From Eubacteriales bacterium (lineage in GTDB: Bacteria; Bacillota; Clostridia; Christensenellales; CAG-138), in contig JAQUTY010000008.1 in assembly GCA_028694155.1 (NCBI GenBank), positions 14,609 through 78,608 of the forward strand: a stretch of DNA of 64,000 bases, in the 5' to 3' direction. Positions 47,778 to 57,900 of the stretch are shown here, one piece after another (the first letter of the stretch is position 1; each line of letters begins with the position of its first letter). The notes below the pieces were generated by a model. That model was not told where the DNA came from. It saw nothing but the letters and a program-made list of their open reading frames with translations, and did not search any database. A program made the translations under genes and the position numbers.

Positions 47778-48293
47778 ATGGCACTGGGAGAAAGAATAAA
47801 ACAAATACGAAAAGAACAAGGGCATACGCAGCTAGCCTTTGCACAACTTCTAGGAGTCTCAAAACCTCATATTTCGAATGTAGAGAGTGGTACAGCAAAT
47901 CCATCTGAGAGCTTAATTAAATCGATCTGCTTTACGTTTGGCATCTCGGAGCTATGGCTGAAAACAGGCGAGGGTCAACGTGACTATTCAATCGTCGACC
48001 AGTATTCTAACTTGTCTCGTCAACAAGCTGACGACATGAATAAGGGGAGTGCAGCGCAATACAAATGGGGCTGGATTGCATCCAGTTTAATGAGCCGATT
48101 CCCATCATTGACAGAACAGAACGCATTAGCGGAATGCCTGGTCAGCAAAACCGCCGCCGATTTTTCTCCTATTTTGGACCATCTAATATTTTTGTGGTAT
48201 AGCGGAGATGACAAGGTTAAAGCGCGAATTGAGACCCGGCTGAACGATCTCCTCGTTGATGCTATTGCTTATTATGAATCTAGGAAACACTAA
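47778..48293 (+). CDS. Prophage repressor (XRE HTH)
   Basis: LGERIKQIRK...HISNVESG...WLKTGEG; divergent from early operon. Confidence 0.85.
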   Translation: MALGERIKQIRKEQGHTQLAFAQLLGVSKPHISNVESGTANPSESLIKSICFTFGISELWLKTGEGQRDYSIVDQYSNLSRQQADDMNKGSAAQYKWGWIASSLMSRFPSLTEQNALAECLVSKTAADFSPILDHLIFLWYSGDDKVKARIETRLNDLLVDAIAYYESRKH

Positions 48294-48318
48294 TTGTGAT
48301 GTTAGGAGGACTACAACG

Positions 48319-49233
48319 ATGAAAATAACCTCGGACGAGATCTATGTGCTTTACGCACGCAACAATCACAGACCGGATTCTCCTCCGCAAAGATACTTGC
48401 TGTACCGGCTTACTAGGGATTGGGAAAAAGTGCAATCAGAGCTGATCGAGCATGGCTATATGAAGTATGGTTCGTTGAAAGATAGAATAGAATCGTATCA
48501 TGCCAATGAACTAAAAAAAGCTCTGAGGGAAGCTGGCATTGTCCCGCTGAAAGACAAGCAGGATATAGCGAAACAGTTAATGGAATGCTACGATGAATCC
48601 ACATTAGAAAATCGGTTTTCCGCACCGATTCTAAAACGCACAGCAAAGGGAGACAAGGCATTAGCATCGCAGGAAGAGTATATTTTCAATATGCAGGATG
48701 GTTATTACCGTGTAGGCGATGCCGATCTCGCTGTTGCACGCAAGCAGAATCCCAAGGCTCTACCTTATGATATTATCTTCGATGTCCTTGTATCTAACAC
48801 CAAATTTTTCATAAATAAAGCTAGAACAGTAGATATCAGTAATTCATCTGGAACTTACACAGAATTAAAACTGTGTTTTCATAGCATATTCAAATTGTGC
48901 AACAAAACGGGAGCTTACGATGCAGCTCTGTCGATGTCTGTTCAGATATTCAAAATTGAGTTGTCCGGATTGTCCTTATCAAAAATCTCTTTCATTAGGT
49001 TTTCGCTCATTTCAAAGCAAGATATAGATGCTGTCCTTTCCTGCCTACAGGCAAAAAACTGGTGTATTGAGGATTACATTCACCTGTATAGTAAAGAGAA
49101 TCCTAAATTTCCACGCTCCTCATGCTTATTCCTTCCATCAGAAGAAAGTTCGATTATTTTTGATGTCTTATCCGGCGAGAATTGGGATGATCGGCTAAAG
49201 CGGACACGCTACGGAATATACTTTGACCAATAA
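48319..49233 (+). CDS. Hypothetical protein probably co-transcribed with the repressor (lysogeny accessory gene)
   Basis: RBS AGGAGG; AT-rich; possible SAP-like segment ELKKALREAG. Confidence 0.65.
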   Translation: MKITSDEIYVLYARNNHRPDSPPQRYLLYRLTRDWEKVQSELIEHGYMKYGSLKDRIESYHANELKKALREAGIVPLKDKQDIAKQLMECYDESTLENRFSAPILKRTAKGDKALASQEEYIFNMQDGYYRVGDADLAVARKQNPKALPYDIIFDVLVSNTKFFINKARTVDISNSSGTYTELKLCFHSIFKLCNKTGAYDAALSMSVQIFKIELSGLSLSKISFIRFSLISKQDIDAVLSCLQAKNWCIEDYIHLYSKENPKFPRSSCLFLPSEESSIIFDVLSGENWDDRLKRTRYGIYFDQ

Positions 49234-49631
49234 GCTAAAATAGGATGGATGTTTTCCCGACTTGTATCTATGGCGATTCCCCGCCTATTCTGCATATTTC
49301 CTTAATTCTGCATATTTATGCTGCATATTTTTGTCTCTCAATTTTCGATGCAATATATAATAGGAAGAAATTGCCTAAAAAGACTTCCGACCCCCAAAAG
49401 CGCAATTTTGCCCCATATTAGGCGGTTTCTTCTCTTTTTTACCCCTTCCGACCCCCTTCCGACCCCCCTTGCGATTTTGGAACAAAAAAAGGGCTATGTT
49501 TTACCCTGTGATAACACGGATAACGCCCATATTTAGGGCAAATAACAAGTTTTGGCATTTCCTTTTTGCAAATCGTTATAGATTAGAAAAAACTGTGTTT
49601 TTGCCCGTATTTGCCCCTTTTTTCTATATGC

Positions 49632-49833
49632 TTGTGACACGGATCGTGCATCAACAATTATGTCGGTTTTGCCCCGCTTGTCGCTCAAAGTTTCACAGTC
49701 GATGAACCTCTCAAACCCCCTATTTTAGCCGTTTTATATCCCATCAAAGCCCCGATAAATATACCATAAACCGACGAATCCCACGTCAAATCCCGACCCG
49801 TTCTAATTGGTGACATGAGTGTGCGTGTTTACA
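49632..49833 (-). repeat. Right-end transposase-binding sites
   Basis: Minus strand TGTAAACACGCACACTCATGTCA at the terminus and TGCACGATCCGTGTCAC near 49634-49650 resemble the left-end repeats. Confidence 0.7.
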
Positions 49834-50092
49834 GATAGAGAGCATAGTTTTGGAAAACCAACCCGATTCCTCGCTTTTCGGCAGGGGTGTCCGTAACATC
49901 GTCGTCACCAAAATAAATCCTGCCGGATGTGGGCTGCTCTAATCCGGAGATTAAATACAGCAGGGTCGACTTGCCGCAGCCACTTGGCCCCAAAAGCCCT
50001 GTGAGCTTTCCGTCGGCAATAGTCAAATTTACATCGTCTACCGCCAAGGTTCCTGAAAAGTCTTTTACCAGATGTTCCAGTCGCAGTTGCAT
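49834..50092 (-). pseudogene. 5' part of ABC ATPase interrupted by the prophage
   Basis: Walker A GPSGCGKST, ...LVFQNYALY then runs into phage DNA and stops. Confidence 0.95.
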
Positions 50093-50184
50093 AGTTGGTT
50101 ATCCTCCTAGACACAAGCTTGCTCTTGCATATCAAGTTTAACCTTGATATAATATCAAAGCAAATTATCAATATTTATTGATTG

Positions 50185-50199
50185 ATAAGTTGAACTTAT
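50185..50199. promoter_or_regulatory. LysR-type binding palindrome
   Basis: ATAAGTTGAACTTAT (T-N11-A) between the divergent ABC operon and lysR. Confidence 0.65.
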
Positions 50200-50221
50200 A
50201 GTATTGCATTGGAGGTAAGTC

Positions 50222-51112
50222 GTGCTTGATTTTCGTATTCTGACCTTTCTGGATCTGTGCAAAACACATAATTATACCCGTACAGCGGAGAATCTCTTCA
50301 TCACTCAGCCTGCCGTGTCCCAGCACATAAAGTATTTGGAAACCGAATACGGTGCCAAGCTTTTTTACTACAGAGATCGCACGCTGACGCTTACAGAGGC
50401 AGGTAAAACCTTGAAAAGATGCGCAACCGTGATGTACGCCAACTGCCGATCCATCAAGGATAAGCTGGCGGATTGCACGGTGACAAAGCGGCAGCTGCGC
50501 TTTGCCGCAACGCTAACCATCGGAGAGTTTGTTTTGCCCCCGTATATAAACAGGTATCTGCTTTCAAACAGCGGTGCATCCGTCTCGATGCTGGTGGAAA
50601 ACACTTCCGTAATTCTCAACCTGTTGCGAGAGAATGCAATAGATTTTGCGGTGGTTGAAGGATATTTTCCGCAGGACGAGTTCCGTTCAAGGCTCATGCA
50701 GCGTGAACGCTATATAGCCGTGTGCAGCCCCTCTTATCCACTCAAGCGTGAAGTATCACGCATAGCGGACTTAATCAACGAATCGCTTGTCGTAAGGGAG
50801 GAGGGCTCCGGAACAAGGGAGATAGTCGAGCGTGTGCTTGAGGAGCAGAACCTGCATTTTTCGGACTTTCCTTTGATAAACGAGGTGGGAAATATGAATG
50901 CAATCAAGTATCTTGTAGCCAATAATCGTGGAATATCCTTCATGTATGAGTCGGCGGCAAGGGCGGAAATTGATTCGGGCGTGTTGAGAGAGATTCATCT
51001 TCTGGACTTTAATTTCTATCGTGAATTTAACTTCATCATGCTCAAAGGCAGCCTATTTTCCGATGATTTCGAGTCCATCTTCTTCAATGACATTTTAGCA
51101 GGCGGTCGATGA
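50222..51112 (+). CDS. LysR family regulator (CysL/YeiE-like)
   Basis: TAENLFITQPAVSQHIKYLE HTH; TIGEF, REEGSGTRE motifs. Confidence 0.9.
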   Translation: MLDFRILTFLDLCKTHNYTRTAENLFITQPAVSQHIKYLETEYGAKLFYYRDRTLTLTEAGKTLKRCATVMYANCRSIKDKLADCTVTKRQLRFAATLTIGEFVLPPYINRYLLSNSGASVSMLVENTSVILNLLRENAIDFAVVEGYFPQDEFRSRLMQRERYIAVCSPSYPLKREVSRIADLINESLVVREEGSGTREIVERVLEEQNLHFSDFPLINEVGNMNAIKYLVANNRGISFMYESAARAEIDSGVLREIHLLDFNFYREFNFIMLKGSLFSDDFESIFFNDILAGGR

Positions 51113-51740
51113 CAGACTTGGAAAAAGAAGTGATGAATGACCTGCTGCAGGAACACATAAGCATTGCGTCAGCCTCGGCAACGTTGTGGAATACTCCAAC
51201 GCTCATCAACCCTGCTTCCGTGGCGGCAGCAAGCGGCTTTTGCGAGTCGTCAAACATATAGCAGTCCTGTGCGCTCACACCCAGCATTTGGACAATATCG
51301 GTATATGTTTTGGGGTCGCTCTTGGAGATGCCTGCTTCCGTAGCGGCTATAAGGCTTATAAAACAATCCTTCAGCCCCAACCTGTGCAGCGCACTTTGAG
51401 CAAGGACACGCCGATTTGCCGTGAGCAGAACCAGCGCAAGCCCATTGCGATGCAGGGCGTTGACAAATTCGCAAGCCCCATCGAAAGCCGATATGCTCTC
51501 CGCATATTCTTGCTCAAGCAAGTTGATGATTATATCCTGCAATTCTTCGCTTGTTTTATCGACAAGATATTTCTGCTGAATATAGTTTACGGTGGGTTTG
51601 TAGCCGTTATCTGCAAAATACTGATCGAGTGGCTCATCCGTCTCTATTTCCATGGACGACAAACAGCGTGCAAAAACCCGACCGCACGCTCCCAATGAGT
51701 CCAATATTGTTCCATCAAGATCAAAAATAGCTGCTTTCAT
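51084..51740 (-). CDS. HAD family phosphatase
   Basis: IFDLDGTILDS motif I; K; FDDS motif IV. Confidence 0.88.
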   Translation of the reverse strand: MKAAIFDLDGTILDSLGACGRVFARCLSSMEIETDEPLDQYFADNGYKPTVNYIQQKYLVDKTSEELQDIIINLLEQEYAESISAFDGACEFVNALHRNGLALVLLTANRRVLAQSALHRLGLKDCFISLIAATEAGISKSDPKTYTDIVQMLGVSAQDCYMFDDSQKPLAAATEAGLMSVGVFHNVAEADAMLMCSCSRSFITSFSKSVIDRLLKCH

Positions 51741-51800
51741 AAAATCTCCTGCTCTCAAGCCTAGCATTTACAAGCACGTCTGTCAATCACAAGTTCAATT

Positions 51801-51815
51801 ATAAGTTGTTCTTAT
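51801..51815. promoter_or_regulatory. Second LysR-type palindrome
   Basis: ATAAGTTGTTCTTAT between divergent HAD and YeiH-like genes; near-identical to 50185-50199. Confidence 0.65.
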
Positions 51816-51893
51816 GGAGTTAGAATTACATATAATTTGAATTTATCCAATTTATTATGTAGAATGCTCTAGTATCGATGAAGGGGGTTATGT

Positions 51894-52892
51894 ATGCGTA
51901 ATTGGATATCATGTGCGTTGGGTATATTGCTTAGTGTCGTTGTGGCGGTCGCCGCAGTGCTGCTGTGCAGTATTATTCCCTCAAATCTGATAGGTGCCAG
52001 TGCCTTGGCGCTGCTCATTGGAATACTGGTTCGAGTAATCTTTCCAAAGATTGAGCAGTTGCGAGTGGGAACCAAGATTGTATCCGGGCAGGTACTAAAA
52101 TTGGCGATAATCCTGATGGGCGCAAAGTTTTGTCTGCAGGACGTTTGGAACATTAGCGGCGATTCTCTGCTGGTTATAGCACTTAGCATTGCTCTTACCT
52201 TCGGACTTGGCTTGCTTTTAGGACGAGTGTTCAAAATAGAAAACAAATTGGTTTCGCTTGTTTCGACCGGTACGGCAATTTGCGGTGCGTCCGCCATTTC
52301 AGCGGTGTCGCCGGTAATCGATGCGGACAGCAACGACATAGCTTATGCAATATGTATAGTCTTTTTGATGGATATTATCCGTATGCTCCTGTACCCATTG
52401 CTGGGCGCATGGCTGTCGATGTCAAACGCTGCGTTCGGACTTTTCTCAGGAGTTGCCGTCAATGATACCGCTTCGGTCGTGGCAATAGGCTACGCATTCT
52501 CCGAGGTAGCAGGAGACTATGCGGTGATAGTGAAGCTGACTCGCACCCTGTTCATCATCCCTGTTGTGCTGATTTACAGCTTTATAAGCCTGCGTGGAAG
52601 AAAAGTGGAGCAGCAGACGAAAAAAAAGACTTCTTTACTGCGCCTCTTCCCGTGGTTTACGATAATTTTTCTTGCAATGGTTATTCTGCGGAGCGTGGGT
52701 GTTATCGGGCAACAGCTCGGCAGCACTTGCTCGACAATAAGTAAATACGCCATGACAATGGCATTGGGCGCAGTCGGACTGAACACCAATATAAAGGGCT
52801 TTAAGAGAATCGGTCTGAATCCGCTGTTCTTTGGCATAACCCTGTCCATTCTGATGGCGTTCATCTCCTTTGTGCTTGTAAATATACTTTAG
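51894..52892 (+). CDS. YeiH family putative sulfate/sulfite exporter
   Basis: GTAICGASAI, NDTASVVA, VKLTRT, FPWF motifs. Confidence 0.88.
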   Translation: MRNWISCALGILLSVVVAVAAVLLCSIIPSNLIGASALALLIGILVRVIFPKIEQLRVGTKIVSGQVLKLAIILMGAKFCLQDVWNISGDSLLVIALSIALTFGLGLLLGRVFKIENKLVSLVSTGTAICGASAISAVSPVIDADSNDIAYAICIVFLMDIIRMLLYPLLGAWLSMSNAAFGLFSGVAVNDTASVVAIGYAFSEVAGDYAVIVKLTRTLFIIPVVLIYSFISLRGRKVEQQTKKKTSLLRLFPWFTIIFLAMVILRSVGVIGQQLGSTCSTISKYAMTMALGAVGLNTNIKGFKRIGLNPLFFGITLSILMAFISFVLVNIL

Positions 52893-53041
52893 GAATTCAA
52901 AATATCCGTTGGCAGTCACAATTTGATGGTTGTGGGAATGCCGATGATCACGTTAAGGCAGGAGCGTTTCGGTGCTTGCGCAACTCAAAACATATTGGTG
53001 CAATCAGGTATGTATAGTTGTGGAGGTGCGTATAAACGGTT

Positions 53042-53299
53042 TTGTGTATATGTGCTGGCTTTGACTTTACAACAGTTTGGACGATGGCGGGCGATGCCCA
53101 ATACCCCTACGCCGAGCTGCTTTTAGGCTCCTCCATGCCTACACCCACGCATACACCCACGCACACACCAAAGCCCACTCCGTTTTATCAGCTGGGCTTA
53201 ATCTTGGGCGATGCTAACCGCAACAGAGAGGTTGACGCCTCGGATGCGGCACACATTTTACGCTGGATAGTCAAAATCATCCCCGAACTTGTACCGTAA
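53042..53299 (+). pseudogene. Remnant C-terminus of a surface protein (PT linker plus half a dockerin-like domain)
   Basis: AGFDFTTVW...YP, PTPTHTPT linker, single GDANRNREVDASDAAHILR; no signal peptide or clear start. Confidence 0.55.
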
Positions 53300-53454
53300 G
53301 TTGTGTCCGCTTACGGCTATCGCAACTTTGGTAACTTTCGCTGTCGCATCCTCGCCACGCTCAACAAGAGAGAGCCATTTGCTCGCTCGCAAATGGCTCC
53401 CTCCGTTTCTCATTTTCAGGTTCTACCCCAACTATTGACATAGAACCACTTTAT

Positions 53455-54879
53455 TTAGTGACCGACGTAAGCATACGTTTCGGGATAGTAAACGGCAATA
53501 TCCATTGCTTCCTGCGTCCATGCGCTGACTTGGTCTGTCCAAGCCGCATCGCCAAGCTCCGCACGAGCCGCCGCTGTTATGGCGTCCTTGTTTGCCGCAA
53601 GATCCATGCTGCCCGCGGTTTCTAAGGACAGAACCTTTACTATGTAGAACGCGCCGTCAACTTCAATTATGGTGCTGTTCGTGCCAACAGGCATGGCTGC
53701 CGCAGCTCCCCAAACCTCGCTTGCAAATGCCGAATCGGAAGCGAGCGTGTACAACAGGGTGCCCTTTTCCTGCATCTGTGTGTCCGCTTCTGCCGTGGAG
53801 TATTCATTCATCACGCTGACAAAATCCTCTCCAGCCTGCAGCTTGGCATATGCCTCCTGAGCAGCAGTCTTTGCGTCCTTTATGTAGAGCGCGTAGGTAG
53901 CATCAACCGCCGCCTTCAGCGTTGCATACTCCGCCTCGATTGCTGCCAGTCTGTCGGGATTGGAGCCGGTCAGAGCGAGTTTGCCGTACTCTGCCTCAAG
54001 TGCGGTCATAGAAGTCTTGTTGGCAGTATAGCTGTCCTCCAGCGTTCCCTCGGGCTTGATCTCGATAAGCTGCACGCAAACAAAGCCATCGGGCGTGAAG
54101 AGCGCAGGAACGGCGGAAGGATCTGTGTAATAGGCGTTCGCCTGTGTGCGATATGCCAGCGCATCTTCCTCAAAGGAGGAACGCTGTGCTTCCAAAGTAG
54201 TGTTGTACCAGTCGGCAACATCGCTGTCGGCTACTTCATATGCGTCAATAAATACTTTTTCAACCTTTGCATTTATTGCGTCCTCCGTGCAATAGTCACG
54301 ATACAGCTCCAGGTAATCGCCAAAGGTGCAGCCCACGTTTGCCATTACGTCCGTTTCGATGGCTTCCATAACCTGTTGTTCAAGCTCGGCATCGGTCAAT
54401 TCCTCGGTTGCAGATGACAAAATATCCTCTCTGTATGCGTCAATGAGGTCGGTTTCATGGGTGTTGACCGCAGCGTCAACCTCTGCAAGCTCGTCCTCGC
54501 TCAACTCTATTCCCTGCAGGCCTGCCTGCCAAATCAATGCGTTGCTGCTGACAATCTCCTGCAAAGCAATATCCAGCGTGGAGGCGATATCCTCATCTGT
54601 GGTGGGTTCGCTCATGCCATACTGGGTCAAATAGTAAACATAATCGTCATACATATCTTCAACGTCGCCTGCGGTAAAAGCAAGGTCGCCAAGAGTGAGT
54701 GCTATAGCGTCTCTGTCGCCTGCACTTGCAACGCTGCTAGGATCGAACGTTGCGGGGTCGTTGGTCGCTTGACCGCTACCCTCATTGCTGGATTGTTTTC
54801 CGTCGTCCAGACAGGCAACAGACATGGTGCCAAGTGCCAGCACAAGAACGAGTGCAAGTATGATCTTAAACTTATTCAT
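53455..54879 (-). CDS. PrsA/SurA-like foldase lipoprotein (peptidyl-prolyl isomerase)
   Basis: Lipobox SVAC; acidic; GEDFVSVMNEYS...GAFYIVKV parvulin-like; downstream of mfd. Confidence 0.7.
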   Translation of the reverse strand: MNKFKIILALVLVLALGTMSVACLDDGKQSSNEGSGQATNDPATFDPSSVASAGDRDAIALTLGDLAFTAGDVEDMYDDYVYYLTQYGMSEPTTDEDIASTLDIALQEIVSSNALIWQAGLQGIELSEDELAEVDAAVNTHETDLIDAYREDILSSATEELTDAELEQQVMEAIETDVMANVGCTFGDYLELYRDYCTEDAINAKVEKVFIDAYEVADSDVADWYNTTLEAQRSSFEEDALAYRTQANAYYTDPSAVPALFTPDGFVCVQLIEIKPEGTLEDSYTANKTSMTALEAEYGKLALTGSNPDRLAAIEAEYATLKAAVDATYALYIKDAKTAAQEAYAKLQAGEDFVSVMNEYSTAEADTQMQEKGTLLYTLASDSAFASEVWGAAAAMPVGTNSTIIEVDGAFYIVKVLSLETAGSMDLAANKDAITAAARAELGDAAWTDQVSAWTQEAMDIAVYYPETYAYVGH

Positions 54880-54919
54880 ATTATCTCCTTTGTTGTCCCG
54901 ATCGTGGGACGCTTTGTAA

Positions 54920-57900
54920 TTATACATCAACCTTTGTAAAGTTGCAATGCCACAAACGGGTGAGGAATTGTGGAAGTTTTATGACAAAATCGCCAATTTG
55001 GGCGTTTTTCTTTAAGATTTCTATTTTTACGCTCTCGGCAGCGGTCAGATGAGCTCCCTCGTGCTCGGAAAGCAGGGCGAGCAGTCTTGCACCGTCAGGC
55101 GATGCGGTTGGTGCATATTGCAGCGTCACCTTTCCGTCACGCACGGTCACAAGCTCTATTCCTGCCTTCGAAGCAAGAGCCTTAATCAGCGATAGCTGCA
55201 TCAGATTCATTATTGGCGTTGGCAAATCGCCGTAACGATCAAAGAACTCATCGAGCAAATCGTCATATGCCTCCTGGTCGGATATTTGTGCGATTCTGCG
55301 GTACATATTGAGCCGCAACAGCTCCGATGGGACGAAATCACGAGGCACAAACGCATCAACAGGCACGTCCAAGGTGGTGTCTATCTCAGGCTCGATAGGC
55401 TCACCTTTGGCTTGACTCACCGCCTGCTTCATCAGCTTGCAATAATAGTCGTAGCCAATGTCTGCAATATGTCCGTGCTGCTCCGCACCAAGCAAAGTGC
55501 CTGCGCCCCTTATTTCCAAGTCACGCATAGCAAGGCGGAAGCCTGCACCAAATTGGGTGAACTCTCGGATTGCCATAAGACGCTTGTGCGCTGTTTCGGT
55601 CATAATCTTTGCCTGTCGAACCGTAAAATAGGCATAAGCCATGCGGTTGGAGCGTCCCACTCTGCCACGCAACTGATAGAGCTGGGCAAGTCCAAACTTG
55701 TCGGCATCCAAAACGATGAGCGTGTTTGCGTTGGGAAAATCTACGCCGCTTTCGATGATGGTGCTGCAAATGAGAATGTCCGTTTCGTGGCGCATGAACC
55801 GTTCCATTGCCGATTCAAGCTGTCGTTCGGGCATCTGCCCGTTGGCAATGTCTATGCTTGCGTTGGGTATCAGCTCGCTGAGCCACTTGTGAGTGCTCTC
55901 CATTCCAAGAACGTTGTTGGACACAACAAATGCCTGCCCACCACGCGCCAGCTCCCTTGACAACGCCTCTTGGCAGAGCGCATCGGAGAACTCCATCACA
56001 AAGGTCTGCACAGGATAGCGATTTTCGGGCGGCGTATCGATGGTGGATATGTCCAAAATGCCGGTCATGCTGAGGTTGAGCGTGCGTGGAATTGGTGTTG
56101 CAGTCAGAGTCAGAACATCTACCTCCGACCTAAGAGCCTTGATTTTCTCCTTATGGTTGACGCCGAAGCGGTGTTCCTCATCAATTATGAGCAGACCGAG
56201 GTTAAAAAAATTTACGTCCTTTGCAAGCAGGGCGTGCGTTCCCACAACTATGTCCAATTCGCCAGTCGACAACTGCTTTTTAATTTGCTGACGCTCCTTT
56301 GGGGACTGAAAGCGTGACAGGGTTTTCATCTTTATGGGGAAATCATGGAAGCGCGATTCGAGTGTGGAGTAATGCTGCTGGGCAAGTATGGTCGTTGGCA
56401 CAAGAAATGCGACCTGCTTGCTGTCCTGAACCGCCTTAAAAGCAGCTCTTAGGGCAACCTCCGTCTTGCCGTACCCAACGTCTCCGCACAGCAGTCTGTC
56501 CATGGGACGGTTTTTCTCCATGTCCGCCTTGATATCTATGATGCTTTGTAGCTGGTCGGGCGTTTCCTCATAGGGGAAGCGTTCCTCCAGCTTGCGCTGC
56601 CATTCGTTATCCTTTGAAAAGGCAAAGCCCTTCAGCCTTGACCGCTTCTCATACAGCTCCGCCAAATCGACTGCCAGCTTCTTTGCCCCTGCCTTGGCAC
56701 GGCTCACTCGTCCCTGCCAATCGTTTCCGCCCATTTTTGACAGTTGTGGTTGATAATCCTCGCCGCCGCCGACATATTTCTGTATTCTGTCGAGCTGGTC
56801 GGTGGGAATGTACAGCTTGTCATCGCCACGATACGCAAACAAGAGATAGTCCCGTGTCACGTTCTGCACCGTGAGCTGCTCAACTCCCACAAAGCGTCCT
56901 ATGCCGTGCGCCTCATGCACAACAAAATCTCCCACGGACAGGTCGGAGAACTTCAAAACATTCTTCTTCCGTGGTGCCATAATGCGCTGCTGCTTGCTGA
57001 ACAGCTCGTTTGCGGTAAGTACCGTCAGATGCAGCTCACTGAAGCAATAGCCTCTGGGGAGCTTCTCACTAAGTAATAATATCTCGCCATGAATAGGCGG
57101 CCTACCAAGAGCGTCCGCCACAGCGCAAGGCACATCGGCGTTTTGAAGCTGGGCATACAGATTATCACGGGAGTCGCCGCAGTAGAGCAGCACCGCCTCC
57201 TTGTTCTGCTTTTGTCGCCTAAGCTCCTTAAAAAGCGTGTCCATGTCGCCCATGTATAGGGGGGCAGGCTGAACGGAGAACTGCACCTGACTGCTGTGAT
57301 GCAACAGATTGCAGGTTCGAAACAGCGTGTAAAATGCTGCGCTGTACTTGGTGTCAATTTTGCTTATAAGCTGCGATGAGGGCGTGCAGAGCTTTGCCTG
57401 TATGCCAAGTCCCTCGCCACGCTGTAACATTGCCGACACCGATTCGCAGAACAATGCCTCGTGCGTTTTACTCTCGTCCAAAATTCGCTGAGGCTCGTTC
57501 AAAAGCAGCATCGTTCCTTGGGGCAGATAATCGAATAGGGTAGTCTGCTCCTCAAATAGCAATGGCAGCAGGACATCAGCACTCACGCAGGGCAGACCCT
57601 GCTCCCATGCCTCAAGCTGGGAGGAAAAGCCTGTCGCATTTGAAAGCGTGTTGCAGCAAGCCAAAATACGATCCTTTTGTTGAGGTGTCTCATATGCAGG
57701 CGGCAGCACACAGGCAGTCTCCTGCTGCCTAGAACGCTGCGACTGAACATTGAACAGACGGATTTGATCGACCTGATCGCCAAAGAACTCGATTCGATAC
57801 GGGTCGGTGCTTTGCGGCGGAAACACGTCAATTATATCGCCACGGAGGGCGCATTGCCCTTGACTTTCAAGCAGCGGAACCCGTTCGTAACCTGCCTCGA

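Larger units (their letters stand above)
19843..49833. mobile_element. Transposable (Mu-type) prophage, 29,991 bp, siphovirus-like structural module
   Basis: Begins TG (19843) and ends CA (49833); 5-bp direct repeat GATAG at 19838-19842 and 49834-49838; DDE transposase plus B-type ATPase; head, tail and lysis genes. Confidence 0.97.
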
